From: a virus
Strand: one strand, 5' to 3'
DNA: 64,000 nt
Virus record (IMG/VR): IMGVR_UViG_3300045988_159685
Made by a program: the position numbers and the translations under genes
Notes under the pieces: generated by a model
The model's input: the letters and a program-made list of their open reading frames with translations, nothing else
Database searches by the model: none
What the model was told of the DNA's origin: nothing
Part shown: positions 28,407 to 37,524 of the stretch, one piece after another
Numbering within the stretch: the stretch's first letter is position 1
Layout: every line of letters starts with the position of its first letter

Positions 28407-29414
28407 TTATTTTTTACCTATGAATATCTTCTTCCATTGTAGATAGGCATTATAGATAATTTTGGGCGTCCCAATTTTGAAATTAAATTCTTCTTCAAAC
28501 AGTGCTTTTAATTGACTATTTTTGAGAAATTTCATACTCTGAACATTCTGCTCATACTGCCAAAACTTATAAAATAGAGCCGAACGTTTTAGACTTAGCA
28601 CACTGAAATCTTTTTGAATTATATAATTACAATGACTACTGAGATTCGGATATGATAACTTCTTGCAAGACTTCATAACGAAACTATCATCTACCCTATC
28701 ATCACCTGGTTTTGGACGTCCAACATTTTTTCTTTTAATAAGATATTTTGAAGAACAAATATCGTAAACAAAATTGTTCTGCAATACCCGCTTATCTTGA
28801 AAACTTAATTCACATAACTCAAAAAAGCTCTCTGGATATTCATTAAAAGCAATCCCGTCAACGTAAATAACTTTGTTTTTTACATCAACATTTGCAACTT
28901 CAATGATTGGAATATATTCTTCTGGCATGCCTAAATAAATTAGCAGTACGACAAGCATCTCATAAATATACGTTTCTTTAATGTAACTGTCTGACATTAA
29001 ATATTCATATAGGTCTTCATAGCTTGCAAAAAATTTTTCAAAAAACTTTTGTTCAACATCCATCATATTATAACGGATTGATATAAATTCATCCATATAA
29101 GGATAGTCCATAAACGTCAAATAGAGTTTTAGCAATCCTTTCATATTACGAAAACCGTCATAGCTGTTAATACAACTATTTAATACAAATTTAATCTGAT
29201 TGACGTTCATTCTCGAAATGTCTTTTTTATATTCCTTTTCTAATGAAGACATTTTGGAAAAGCTGTAGGCATAGTTCTTTAGCAAAGCTTCTGAGCCTGT
29301 GTCCTCTACAATTTTATTCAAGAATTTGATTTTTGGTTTTGGATTAAAAAAATTTTGATTTGCATAATCTTCAAAACCATTATCAAATGTCCAATGATTT
29401 TGATTGTTAGACAT
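28407..29414 (-). CDS. Hypothetical protein (335 aa)
   Basis: Long tiling ORF. ATG at 29414 follows AAAGGGG. Confidence 0.55.
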   Translation of the reverse strand: MSNNQNHWTFDNGFEDYANQNFFNPKPKIKFLNKIVEDTGSEALLKNYAYSFSKMSSLEKEYKKDISRMNVNQIKFVLNSCINSYDGFRNMKGLLKLYLTFMDYPYMDEFISIRYNMMDVEQKFFEKFFASYEDLYEYLMSDSYIKETYIYEMLVVLLIYLGMPEEYIPIIEVANVDVKNKVIYVDGIAFNEYPESFFELCELSFQDKRVLQNNFVYDICSSKYLIKRKNVGRPKPGDDRVDDSFVMKSCKKLSYPNLSSHCNYIIQKDFSVLSLKRSALFYKFWQYEQNVQSMKFLKNSQLKALFEEEFNFKIGTPKIIYNAYLQWKKIFIGKK

Positions 29415-29489
29415 ACATAACACCCCTTTACACTCTCATTTATTATATCATATATCTTATACGCTGTCAACTTTACAATTGTCCATCGT

Positions 29490-29906
29490 CTAATTTGAAA
29501 TTTTCCTAAAAAGATCTGTGTTATGTACGCCAGCCTGAAACGCCTTTATCACTATGGGCGTTGCGTACACCATAGCCGTAGCTATTTTGTCAAGTTGCTC
29601 GTCATTAAATGTACCGAGCTTTTTTAATATTTGCCACTTGTTAATAACCCATTTACTCTCAGCCTCTACGGTAGAATCACGTTTTAAGCCCTCGACCTCG
29701 GAGGCTTTGAAAGTAACATGAGTTGGAAGCTCTGAATTATTGCGCTTAGTTGTCAAAGGTAAAACCTCAACCATAGGACTTACTGCATTACCCACATTAT
29801 TTGATACTATAACTGCGGGTCTCTTACCACCTTGCTGATGCCCAATATTATTTGATAAATCAACAAGCACTAAATCCCCAGTGTAGTATGCTTCATATTT
29901 TGACAA
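29490..29906 (-). CDS. mazF: MazF/PemK-family endoribonuclease toxin-like protein
   Basis: GDLVLVDLSNNIGHQQGGKRPAVIVSNN...VLPLTTK. TTG start at 29906, 7 nt after AAAGGAG. About 40-aa C-terminal extension. Confidence 0.72.
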   Translation of the reverse strand: MSKYEAYYTGDLVLVDLSNNIGHQQGGKRPAVIVSNNVGNAVSPMVEVLPLTTKRNNSELPTHVTFKASEVEGLKRDSTVEAESKWVINKWQILKKLGTFNDEQLDKIATAMVYATPIVIKAFQAGVHNTDLFRKISN

Positions 29907-29960
29907 TACAATTCTCCTTTCTATTAATATTATGTAATGTGAATAATGCAAAAAAATTGA

Positions 29961-30368
29961 TTACATACGCACCCCTGGAAGTAGACGTGCAATTATGTTC
30001 AACTTTTCTCTTGGTGTAAATTCAACAAACAATTCGTTGTCGTCGTTTTTTTGACAATTAAAAATATCGTCGTATAGCGTGTCGAAATACCAATTTCCAA
30101 GTTCGTCACCATAAATCTCGAATTCAAATATGGTCTTGTCAATAACCAAATGGCTACCCTTTACAGGGACGATAAACATCGCCCCCGTAATATCGTCGCA
30201 GTCACCATTAATTGTCTTATATAACTCTTTAATCTCACAATATTTTTTATAGCCCGATCGCTCAAAATCTATTGCGAAAATAATAAAGCTATGTCTGTTG
30301 TTCACTACAATCCTAATGTTATTCATATGAATCCCATCAAGACTTATTTCCATGTCCTTTATTTTCAT
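29961..30368 (-). CDS. Hypothetical protein
   Basis: Tiling ORF. Confidence 0.5.
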   Translation of the reverse strand: MKIKDMEISLDGIHMNNIRIVVNNRHSFIIFAIDFERSGYKKYCEIKELYKTINGDCDDITGAMFIVPVKGSHLVIDKTIFEFEIYGDELGNWYFDTLYDDIFNCQKNDDNELFVEFTPREKLNIIARLLPGVRM

Positions 30369-30738
30369 TAATTCCCCTTCTTTTTTGTGGTTTCAATGTA
30401 GTTGGAAAAGTATAACCAACTATATACCCCTCTTTGTCAAAGATATAGTTTTCTAAATCGAAGTATGAACCGCTTGCTGACATCCAAGCATAACCCTCTT
30501 TGTTCAACTGACGGCGAGCCTCTTCCTCTTTGTTCACAAGTTTATAATCGTCAGGAAATGGGGTGCCGTCGTAGAATGTGTTGCTGTGATGACACCAATC
30601 CAACAACTCGAGTTGCCTGTCAAGGTTATAAGGCTTAGTTGGTTTCGGCGGAAGCTTTCTGGCAAGCTCGGCTTTTTCATGGACTTTCATGATACCGTAA
30701 ACTATCCAGCAACCTATAAGCATGAATAAATCAAACAT
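30337..30738 (-). CDS. Hypothetical protein with N-terminal TM helix
   Basis: MFDLFMLIGCWIVYGIM.. Confidence 0.5.
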   Translation of the reverse strand: MFDLFMLIGCWIVYGIMKVHEKAELARKLPPKPTKPYNLDRQLELLDWCHHSNTFYDGTPFPDDYKLVNKEEEARRQLNKEGYAWMSASGSYFDLENYIFDKEGYIVGYTFPTTLKPQKRRGINENKGHGNKS

Positions 30739-30749
30739 CTGCGTCCACC

Positions 30750-30953
30750 TTATTTAAGGTTATATTCGCATTCATCAACTATATGCTGAAATAAATCACG
30801 CATAGTTTCAAGCTTTTCAAGCCCTTCACTCCACTTATCATACTTTGCCGAGCATTCATTCTCGGGTTCATTGTCCATATAAAGTTCGATTTGTTCCTCA
30901 AACCTTTCAACTACAGCTTGTGCTTCTTCCATTATGCTACTATAATTAATCAT
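30750..30953 (-). CDS. Hypothetical acidic small protein
   Basis: First gene of the leftward unit, divergent from the XRE gene. Confidence 0.5.
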   Translation of the reverse strand: MINYSSIMEEAQAVVERFEEQIELYMDNEPENECSAKYDKWSEGLEKLETMRDLFQHIVDECEYNLK

Positions 30954-31252
30954 ATCATTCTCTCCTTAATATCCTAGCCTATCTCTATCTCGTCTCGGTA
31001 TATTATTATCTCTTTATAATACGTTTACATTTTTGACCTCCTTATCAACATCACAACATTAGCTTTAATCATATATTTACCCCTTTTTGCAAACAATACA
31101 TACAAAGTATATTCTAAACTTATATGGTTATTATAAGCTTAAAAGCCTTATTCTGTATGTAACTATACCACAAAATCAACTAAATTGCTACAGTTTTTTA
31201 CATTTGTTCACTATTGTAAACACAACATATGTTGCAAAAGGGGGTTATTATC

Positions 31253-31453
31253 ATGCGCATAATAATAAAAATATATGATATAAGAACTCAAAGAGGATAT
31301 ACGCTTCGTAAACTTGAAAAGAAGTCGGGGGTTTCATTTTCTGCTATCAATCTTATCGAGAACGGGCAACGTTCGCCAACCTTAGAAACTCTTCGACTTA
31401 TTGCTGAGGCACTTGGCACATCAGTAAAAGACCTCTTTGATGAAGAAGAATAA
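31253..31453 (+). CDS. XRE-family (Cro/CI-type) HTH transcriptional regulator
   Basis: IRTQRGYTLRKLEKKSGVSFSAINLIENGQRSPTLETLRLIAEALG. ATG follows AAAGGGGG. The only plus-strand gene in the left arm. Confidence 0.85.
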   Translation: MRIIIKIYDIRTQRGYTLRKLEKKSGVSFSAINLIENGQRSPTLETLRLIAEALGTSVKDLFDEEE

Positions 31454-31477
31454 CAGTTTATTTTTCTTCTTATGTGA

Positions 31478-31640
31478 CATCCTCCCCCGACCTATAGAGG
31501 TCGGAGCTTCCTCCTGCAAGATTTGCAGGCAGTCGGTTCTCGTTCGAGCAGTCCATTGACTACAGCATAAGCGAGCTATCCCCGTGTGTCCCACGGTTCT
31601 ATTGGATTTGGCTATGCGAAAGCTATTCGCATGCCTTCAT
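31478..31640 (-). ncRNA. Putative TnpB omega (re)RNA scaffold at the element's right end
   Basis: The GC-rich, hairpin-dense segment overlapping and following the tnpB 3' end (CCGTGGGACACACGG, CTGCAAATCTTGCAG, CCGACCTCTATAGGTCGG on the minus strand) sits where omega RNAs are encoded. Confidence 0.55.
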
Positions 31641-32751
31641 TTCTAATGTTAATAGCGGCATTTACGTCTCTGTCGTGATGAGTACCACATTCAGGGCAAT
31701 CCCATTCACGGATAGACAGATCTTTTGTAGCATTGTTTTTGTAACCGCATACGCTGCAGGTCTGAGAGCTGGCAAAGAATTTATCTACTCGTATAAGTCT
31801 TTTACCCTGTTCTTCAAGCTTGTACTTTAAGAACGCAGTAAACATTCCCCAGCCATTATCAGATACAGATTTACCAAAGTGCAAAGATCTTGACATAGCT
31901 TTCATATTAAGACCTTCTATACATATACAATCATAGGCATTGGATATCTGTCTTGATAGTTTATGCAAGAAGTCTTTCCTTTGGCCAGCTACCTTTTCGT
32001 GCAGCTTGGCTACCTTTATACGCTGCTTGTTTCTATTACTTGAGCCTTTTTGCATATGAGATAGCTTACGTTGTTCTTTAGCAAGTTTCTTTTCTGCACT
32101 GCGATAATATCTTGGATAAGCAGGCTCATTACCGTTACTATCTTTGTACAGCTCGTGCATAGAATAATCAAGACCAAGAAAACTAAGCAATTCTTTGCTT
32201 TGTACTTGTTTTTCGTACTCGAAAAGAATGCTTACATAATACTTTCCTGCAGGTGTTTGTTTTACTGTTACATATTTAAGTATATAGCTGTCAGGTACCT
32301 TTCTATGCTGCTTTATCTTTACTTTACCCATCTTAGGAAGCTTTATATATCTATTAGATAGTTCTATATTTCCATTTACACAGTTTGTTGTGTAGCTGCG
32401 GTCGTTTTCTTTCTTAGACTTATACCTTGGATAACCGTTGCCCTGCAAAGTAAAGAAACTCTGAAAAGCCTCATCAAGGTGACGAAGAGCCTGCTGAAGA
32501 GCAATACTGTCCACTTCTTTCAGAAAAGAATATTCCTCGGCCTTTTTAATATCTGTAAGCTGTTGACTGCACTTATTATATGATACGCTTTCTTTGTTAT
32601 CAGTATATGCTGTTCTTCTTATATACAGCCAATGATTATATACCCACCTTACACAGCCAAATGTCTTTGTAAGAAGGGCTTTCTGCTCTGAAGATGGATA
32701 GATCCTAAATACATAGGCTTTATGACCAAGATCATCGTTCTTTTTAGGCAT
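31612..32751 (-). CDS. tnpB: TnpB (OrfB) RNA-guided nuclease, IS200/IS605 family
   Basis: AYVFRIYPSSEQKALLTKTFGCVRWVYN.., RuvC-like segments, SQTCSVCGYKN..WDCPECGTHHDRDVNAAINI zinc finger/RuvC III. ATG at 32751 follows AGGAGGTGG. Confidence 0.9.
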   Translation of the reverse strand: MPKKNDDLGHKAYVFRIYPSSEQKALLTKTFGCVRWVYNHWLYIRRTAYTDNKESVSYNKCSQQLTDIKKAEEYSFLKEVDSIALQQALRHLDEAFQSFFTLQGNGYPRYKSKKENDRSYTTNCVNGNIELSNRYIKLPKMGKVKIKQHRKVPDSYILKYVTVKQTPAGKYYVSILFEYEKQVQSKELLSFLGLDYSMHELYKDSNGNEPAYPRYYRSAEKKLAKEQRKLSHMQKGSSNRNKQRIKVAKLHEKVAGQRKDFLHKLSRQISNAYDCICIEGLNMKAMSRSLHFGKSVSDNGWGMFTAFLKYKLEEQGKRLIRVDKFFASSQTCSVCGYKNNATKDLSIREWDCPECGTHHDRDVNAAINIRNEGMRIAFA

Positions 32752-32872
32752 TCTTTGCCACCTCCTTATTATGATTATATCATTTTGAACTCTTTTTAGC
32801 AAACTTTAGAGACGCAATCCATCCCTCACCTATAGAGGTGAGGGTATTCTTGCTTCGGTTTGATAAAAGTTA

Positions 32873-33451
32873 TTATGGCTCAAAGTCAAGTGGAACACCA
32901 TATTTCTTATTAGCGATTAGCTTTATTTTATATTTATCTGCAAGTCTTTTTGCTTCCATATCTTCACGCTCTTTCTGCAAACGGCGTTCTTTCTTACGCT
33001 TTATATTTTTAGCCTGTTCTTTCAGCCTTCTCGCTTTTTCTTCTGTTTTTGCTTTTTGCTTTGGAAGTTTGTTTATCCAATAATCTGCCTCATTATTTAC
33101 TTTGTTACTATTACCCATGGCGTATTTGGCTATGGCTGTATAGAAGCCCGTATACTGATTGGCTTCTTCTATAGGGCATGATACCGTTACTTTATCACCA
33201 TTAACAAAAGTAATTACAGTTTCCATCGCATCGTAACGTGTGTTATTACTCTTATTGATTGCCTGCACTTTAGTATAAGAATAATCGCTAATCTTTGGCA
33301 TACAGAATGTTGCACGGTATGGAGTATACAATTCTTCCGTCTTTTGGAGCGTATTTATCGAATTAACTATTGGATTTATCGCAGCCATCCAACTCTCATA
33401 TTTACTTGTTGGCGCATAATCAAACCATTCTTTACTTGTTAGATATTTCAT
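32873..33451 (-). CDS. Hypothetical protein with Lys/Arg-rich coiled C-terminus
   Basis: Tiling ORF; start trimmed to MKYLTSKEW. Confidence 0.5.
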   Translation of the reverse strand: MKYLTSKEWFDYAPTSKYESWMAAINPIVNSINTLQKTEELYTPYRATFCMPKISDYSYTKVQAINKSNNTRYDAMETVITFVNGDKVTVSCPIEEANQYTGFYTAIAKYAMGNSNKVNNEADYWINKLPKQKAKTEEKARRLKEQAKNIKRKKERRLQKEREDMEAKRLADKYKIKLIANKKYGVPLDFEP

Positions 33452-33461
33452 TTTAACAACC

Positions 33462-33686
33462 TCAATCTTTCTGCCATTTTTCTTTATAGTCTTCACGACT
33501 CATATTTCCAACCAAAATACTGCATAAATCATTTAGCTTATCACAGGTGTCATAATATTTACTAACATCTATGTATAACAATCTTGCCCGAATGACCTGT
33601 AACGCAACGATAAGTTCACCCACTCCTTTCATATTAGCCGACGGAGTATTAATGATTTCATTCTCGAAATACTTTACTAACTTCAA
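33462..33686 (-). CDS. Hypothetical protein
   Basis: TTG start 5 nt after GAGGTGG. Confidence 0.5.
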   Translation of the reverse strand: MKLVKYFENEIINTPSANMKGVGELIVALQVIRARLLYIDVSKYYDTCDKLNDLCSILVGNMSREDYKEKWQKD

Positions 33687-33696
33687 CTATACCACC

Positions 33697-33873
33697 TCAC
33701 TTATGATTTAATTTGTACAGCCAGTTTTTAAACCATCTTTTGAAACGATACCACAATTTTATCAGCCTCCCTGTTTCATCATATATGTCAATGATTTCAA
33801 CGTCATATAATAATCTGTTGTGATCTGGCTCACGACCTGCATTAAGAATATCATCTATGCCCTCGAACCACAT
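33697..33873 (-). CDS. Hypothetical 58-aa protein (below ORF-track cutoff)
   Basis: MWFEGIDDILNAGREPDHNRLLYD... ATG lies 9 nt after AAGGAGG. Fills an otherwise empty 170-nt gap. Confidence 0.5.
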   Translation of the reverse strand: MWFEGIDDILNAGREPDHNRLLYDVEIIDIYDETGRLIKLWYRFKRWFKNWLYKLNHK

Positions 33874-34145
33874 AAAGACTTACCTCCTTGTATCTTGCAC
33901 TGTTTTAAATATTCAATCGTATTGAATAGAGCTTCAGTCATATCTGCTGTAAAACTTAATGGTGCATCTTCATCGTAAGTATTTTCACAGCCCTCAAAAC
34001 TGCCATCAGAATAGATAGTTATAAATTGGTTTCCAACCCGATCAAACACTGCGTCTGTTGCTACGTTGATACAATTGTCACTAGAGCGATCGATATAAAA
34101 GAAACCTGCGTCATACCACATTTTTTTTATTTCTAAATCTGTCAT
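33855..34145 (-). CDS. Hypothetical protein
   Basis: Tiling ORF; ATG at 34145. Confidence 0.5.
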   Translation of the reverse strand: MTDLEIKKMWYDAGFFYIDRSSDNCINVATDAVFDRVGNQFITIYSDGSFEGCENTYDEDAPLSFTADMTEALFNTIEYLKQCKIQGGKSLCGSRA

Positions 34146-34147
34146 AT

Positions 34148-34270
34148 TCAAACAAATACCTCCATAATTTTGCCAAAATCCGGAATGTTATCCACTGTTG
34201 CTTTTTCTTCTTGAGTCCTACCAAAAGGCGTAACTTCGATATAGCCTTCACAATATGTCCATTCACTCAT
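34148..34270 (-). CDS. Hypothetical 40-aa protein (below cutoff)
   Basis: MSEWTYCEGYIEVTPFGRTQEEK... Its stop abuts the next gene's start. Confidence 0.35.
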   Translation of the reverse strand: MSEWTYCEGYIEVTPFGRTQEEKATVDNIPDFGKIMEVFV

Positions 34271-34345
34271 AATAATTCGCCTTTCATATAATTGATTCAA
34301 CTTAGCATTACTTAGTTGACATCAATCAGCTGTCATTTTTTATAA

Positions 34346-35146
34346 TTATCTTGCCCTATTAATTCTCTGTCGGGCTACTGTAATAATATAATCAAAAGAC
34401 GGCATTGGTTTGAGTTTAAACTCATTTTTCTTATGAAGATTATCTATCTTCGACTTGATTTCTGCCTTGGGCAGAACCCCATATCGTATATATTTATCCA
34501 AAGTATCGTAACTAAATCCAAGGTTATCTTCATCCGTCTTCCCACACAAACCATCAGAAGGAGTTTTCTCAATAAATTTCTCAGGTAAACCAAGAAAGCG
34601 ACCTATTGATTTTACTTCTTGCACTGTAAACTTCGCAAGCGGTGCCATGTCCCCTGCTCCATCGCCATACCTTGTGGCATAACCAATATAATCCTCAGAA
34701 TAATTGCAAGTATTAATAACACGCCCACCGACTGTCTGCGATACAGCATAAAGTGTAGCCATACGCAAACGTGCTGGCAGATTTATTGTTGTTTGTTCAC
34801 TAAGGGTAGTCTCAAGGGCGTCACTGATTTTTGCTATAGCAGTATCATAAACTGATTCAATATTTATTGTTACATTATTAATACCGAGAAACTCGCAGAG
34901 TTCATTAGCATAGTTGATATCTGCCTGTTCTCCGTTTGGCATAAGCACGCCGAACACTCTTTCTTTACCAAGTGCTTTAACGCAGAGTGCTGCGACAACA
35001 GATGAGTCTTTTCCGCCAGATATTCCAATAACGGCTTTGCAACCATTTCCATTGTTCTCAAACCAATCTCTAATCCATTCAACACACATCTCTGCTGCCA
35101 CGTAAGAATTAAAATCCAGATTATAATTATCGTCATTATAACTCAT
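34346..35146 (-). CDS. nadE: NAD+ synthetase (NadE, ATP-pyrophosphatase family)
   Basis: PP-loop GISGGKDSSVVAALC; size and layout fit ammonia-dependent NadE. Confidence 0.85.
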   Translation of the reverse strand: MSYNDDNYNLDFNSYVAAEMCVEWIRDWFENNGNGCKAVIGISGGKDSSVVAALCVKALGKERVFGVLMPNGEQADINYANELCEFLGINNVTINIESVYDTAIAKISDALETTLSEQTTINLPARLRMATLYAVSQTVGGRVINTCNYSEDYIGYATRYGDGAGDMAPLAKFTVQEVKSIGRFLGLPEKFIEKTPSDGLCGKTDEDNLGFSYDTLDKYIRYGVLPKAEIKSKIDNLHKKNEFKLKPMPSFDYIITVARQRINRAR

Positions 35147-35164
35147 AAAAACACCTCGCTTAGA

Positions 35165-36643
35165 TTAGAAATTATTATTGTGGAGTCTGTTGCGGATATT
35201 AGCAAGTGAGTCATCAATAAGCAATTCGCTATTTCTGAATATTGCCTTTAACTCTTGTTTACTATTACAGGAAACTTCTTTCCAAGTATATTCGTCCTTA
35301 TAACAGAGCTCGCCGTTATCGTCTTTATAAACAAGACAACAACCCTTTTGTGATTTCTTAAATCCACCCTCTTTTGGATTTTTGAATATAGGATATGGCT
35401 TATGATCGATTTCACAGTATGTTGCCTTAATACAAGAACTAAAGGTATCTCTTGTAAATGGTTTAAGTATTCCATCTTCTTCTACGCACTGAAATGAAAA
35501 TGAGCCAACGCCAAGTGCAACATTGCTAGCCGCAAAGCCGTTATCCTTTAAAATTTCATATATCCTTTCACAACGCTGGATAGTAATTGAGTCACCATAA
35601 ATAGCCTTTACATGAGGGTCAAGAACTTTGTATCCCTTACTATTAATTGTGCCACCAAATTCATCCCAAAGTTTAAACACTGTTTTAGTTACAACTTCTA
35701 TGCAATCACCTGAATCGCCACGCATAAGCATGCAACCATTGTGCGCCATAATCTCTGGTTTTATTTGTGGCAAAACGTTATCAATGACATTCCAATAATC
35801 ATATGAATCAAGGACAGCAGAAAAACTTGTATCAGGATAAATCTCGGTCAATAATCTTTTAAGCAACGTAACTTCGTCACCATCAACCGCATAATTTGAA
35901 CACATAACTGCATGTTCGGTAGAGGGCGAACCAAATGCTACAGGCTCTTTGGTACAATCGCAATTATAAAGCTTTTCAAGATATGGTATGACAGGGACTG
36001 TTGCTGTATTTACAAAACTCAGACACCAACCAGCCGCCGCTTTAATAGCAGAATCCGTACATTCTTCACCTCTAAAGTCAAAAGAACCTAGAGCTTTGTT
36101 TCGTGACACACTATCATCACAGGTTTCATCGTAGAACTTATTTACGATATCACGATAAGTTGCACCCACCGTTGCGGCAAGCATTGGATGCCAAGCCTCG
36201 GCTGATATAAGCGATTCAAGAGCCTGCGGTAGCCATGCAAAATCGTCATGCGTATTAGTTATGCAAAACATCGGAACGTGCATTGGAACCTTTGTTCCTT
36301 CTGGTAATGCCCATATCTCAATTGGGAGATAGCCAAGGGCATGCAGGTCTTTTATTTTCTGCAAGCCATATACGCCCTTACCAAGTGAAGCATCCATAAT
36401 ACGCTCATATTCCGAAATGACTTCGTCTATAGGGCGTTCAAAAAATCTTTCATTAAAGTAATCTATCAAATAGGTTTTTACAAAGCCCTGAAGTCCGAAC
36501 ATCACGACTTTGTTCCACATCCTTACACGACTCATTCGTGGCGTAAAATATGAAACGGATTTTGTTATCTTAGTCGGCAACATCTCAGCATGAACCGCTT
36601 TATAAAAATCAATAAGTAGCATTGGGTTTATATTATATAACAT
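35165..36643 (-). CDS. Nicotinamide/nicotinate phosphoribosyltransferase-family protein (NAMPT/NadV-like; possible Namat)
   Basis: N-terminal NPMLLIDFYKAVHAEM. 492 aa, typical of the NAMPT/NAPRT fold family. Adjacent to a Prs-like gene. Confidence 0.8.
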   Translation of the reverse strand: MLYNINPMLLIDFYKAVHAEMLPTKITKSVSYFTPRMSRVRMWNKVVMFGLQGFVKTYLIDYFNERFFERPIDEVISEYERIMDASLGKGVYGLQKIKDLHALGYLPIEIWALPEGTKVPMHVPMFCITNTHDDFAWLPQALESLISAEAWHPMLAATVGATYRDIVNKFYDETCDDSVSRNKALGSFDFRGEECTDSAIKAAAGWCLSFVNTATVPVIPYLEKLYNCDCTKEPVAFGSPSTEHAVMCSNYAVDGDEVTLLKRLLTEIYPDTSFSAVLDSYDYWNVIDNVLPQIKPEIMAHNGCMLMRGDSGDCIEVVTKTVFKLWDEFGGTINSKGYKVLDPHVKAIYGDSITIQRCERIYEILKDNGFAASNVALGVGSFSFQCVEEDGILKPFTRDTFSSCIKATYCEIDHKPYPIFKNPKEGGFKKSQKGCCLVYKDDNGELCYKDEYTWKEVSCNSKQELKAIFRNSELLIDDSLANIRNRLHNNNF

Positions 36644-36660
36644 AACTTGTCACCTCCAAA

Positions 36661-37512
36661 TTAAAACATATCGAAAATCTCAATTTTGTCTGCGTTTACT
36701 TCAAGTCCATCGGCACCAATCTTCTTGCGGTAAATACTATTGGTAGAGAAAACCTTTTTGATAAGCCCGCTCTTAATCATGTCGCCGTCGTGTACCGAAT
36801 TTTCAAGATGTGAAACGTATAAATAAATGTCGCCAACACCATACTCTTTTAGAGCTTTTGCACTATAATAGAAAGTTCCGCCCCTAGAACAAATATCATC
36901 AACAATTAATACGTTTCTACCTTTTAATGTGTCTGTATTACCCATGATGCTTAATCCATTAATGGTTCCAGTTTTCCAATCCCTATTTTTCATACCGAAT
37001 ACATAAGGCACTTCAAGAATACTAGATATGAATGAATAACGTTTCATTGCGCCTTCGTCTGGGAAAAATAAAATAAGATCTTTCCTAGAAATCTTTTCGT
37101 CAATAATATTATCCCTCAAAATGCCAGCCGGTGAAGAATCTCTGATATTGTTTATTAGAGCCGCTCCAACGTTTGAATGAATGTCAAGTGTAAATACTTT
37201 TCTAAACTCCATATTATTGATTAGATTTGCAAATGTTTTGAGCGTAAACATTTCAAACGCTTTTTGTGTACGATCCATGCGAGCATTAGGAACATATGGC
37301 ATATTCAGATTAATGTTACAAAAGCCCTTGCTCTTTAACCAATCGACACAGCAAGCTAACTGAAATATCTCCGAATCATTGTCGTAAAGCCAAGTTATGT
37401 CTATAGGTGCTGAAACCCCATATCCAATGAGTTCCGCAATGCTATAGGTCAGTTTACACGTTCCATCAGGAAATTTAATAATATTAATTGGTTTAGAATC
37501 AATAGAAATCAT
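36661..37512 (-). CDS. Ribose-phosphate pyrophosphokinase-like protein (Prs-like; possible Adps)
   Basis: FTLDIHSNVGA (DxHS-type) and the PRPP-loop NVLIVDDICSRGGTF. Confidence 0.75.
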   Translation of the reverse strand: MISIDSKPINIIKFPDGTCKLTYSIAELIGYGVSAPIDITWLYDNDSEIFQLACCVDWLKSKGFCNINLNMPYVPNARMDRTQKAFEMFTLKTFANLINNMEFRKVFTLDIHSNVGAALINNIRDSSPAGILRDNIIDEKISRKDLILFFPDEGAMKRYSFISSILEVPYVFGMKNRDWKTGTINGLSIMGNTDTLKGRNVLIVDDICSRGGTFYYSAKALKEYGVGDIYLYVSHLENSVHDGDMIKSGLIKKVFSTNSIYRKKIGADGLEVNADKIEIFDMF

Positions 37513-37524
37513 AGAATCCTCCTA

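Larger units (their letters stand above)
31470..32850 (-). mobile_element. IS200/IS605-family TnpB-only insertion element (no TnpA)
   Basis: tnpB is flanked by two related subterminal hairpins sharing the CCTATAGAGG core: CCCTCACCTATAGAGGTGAGGG (32823-32844) and CCGACCTATAGAGGTCGG (31487-31504). Boundaries are approximate. Confidence 0.75.
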
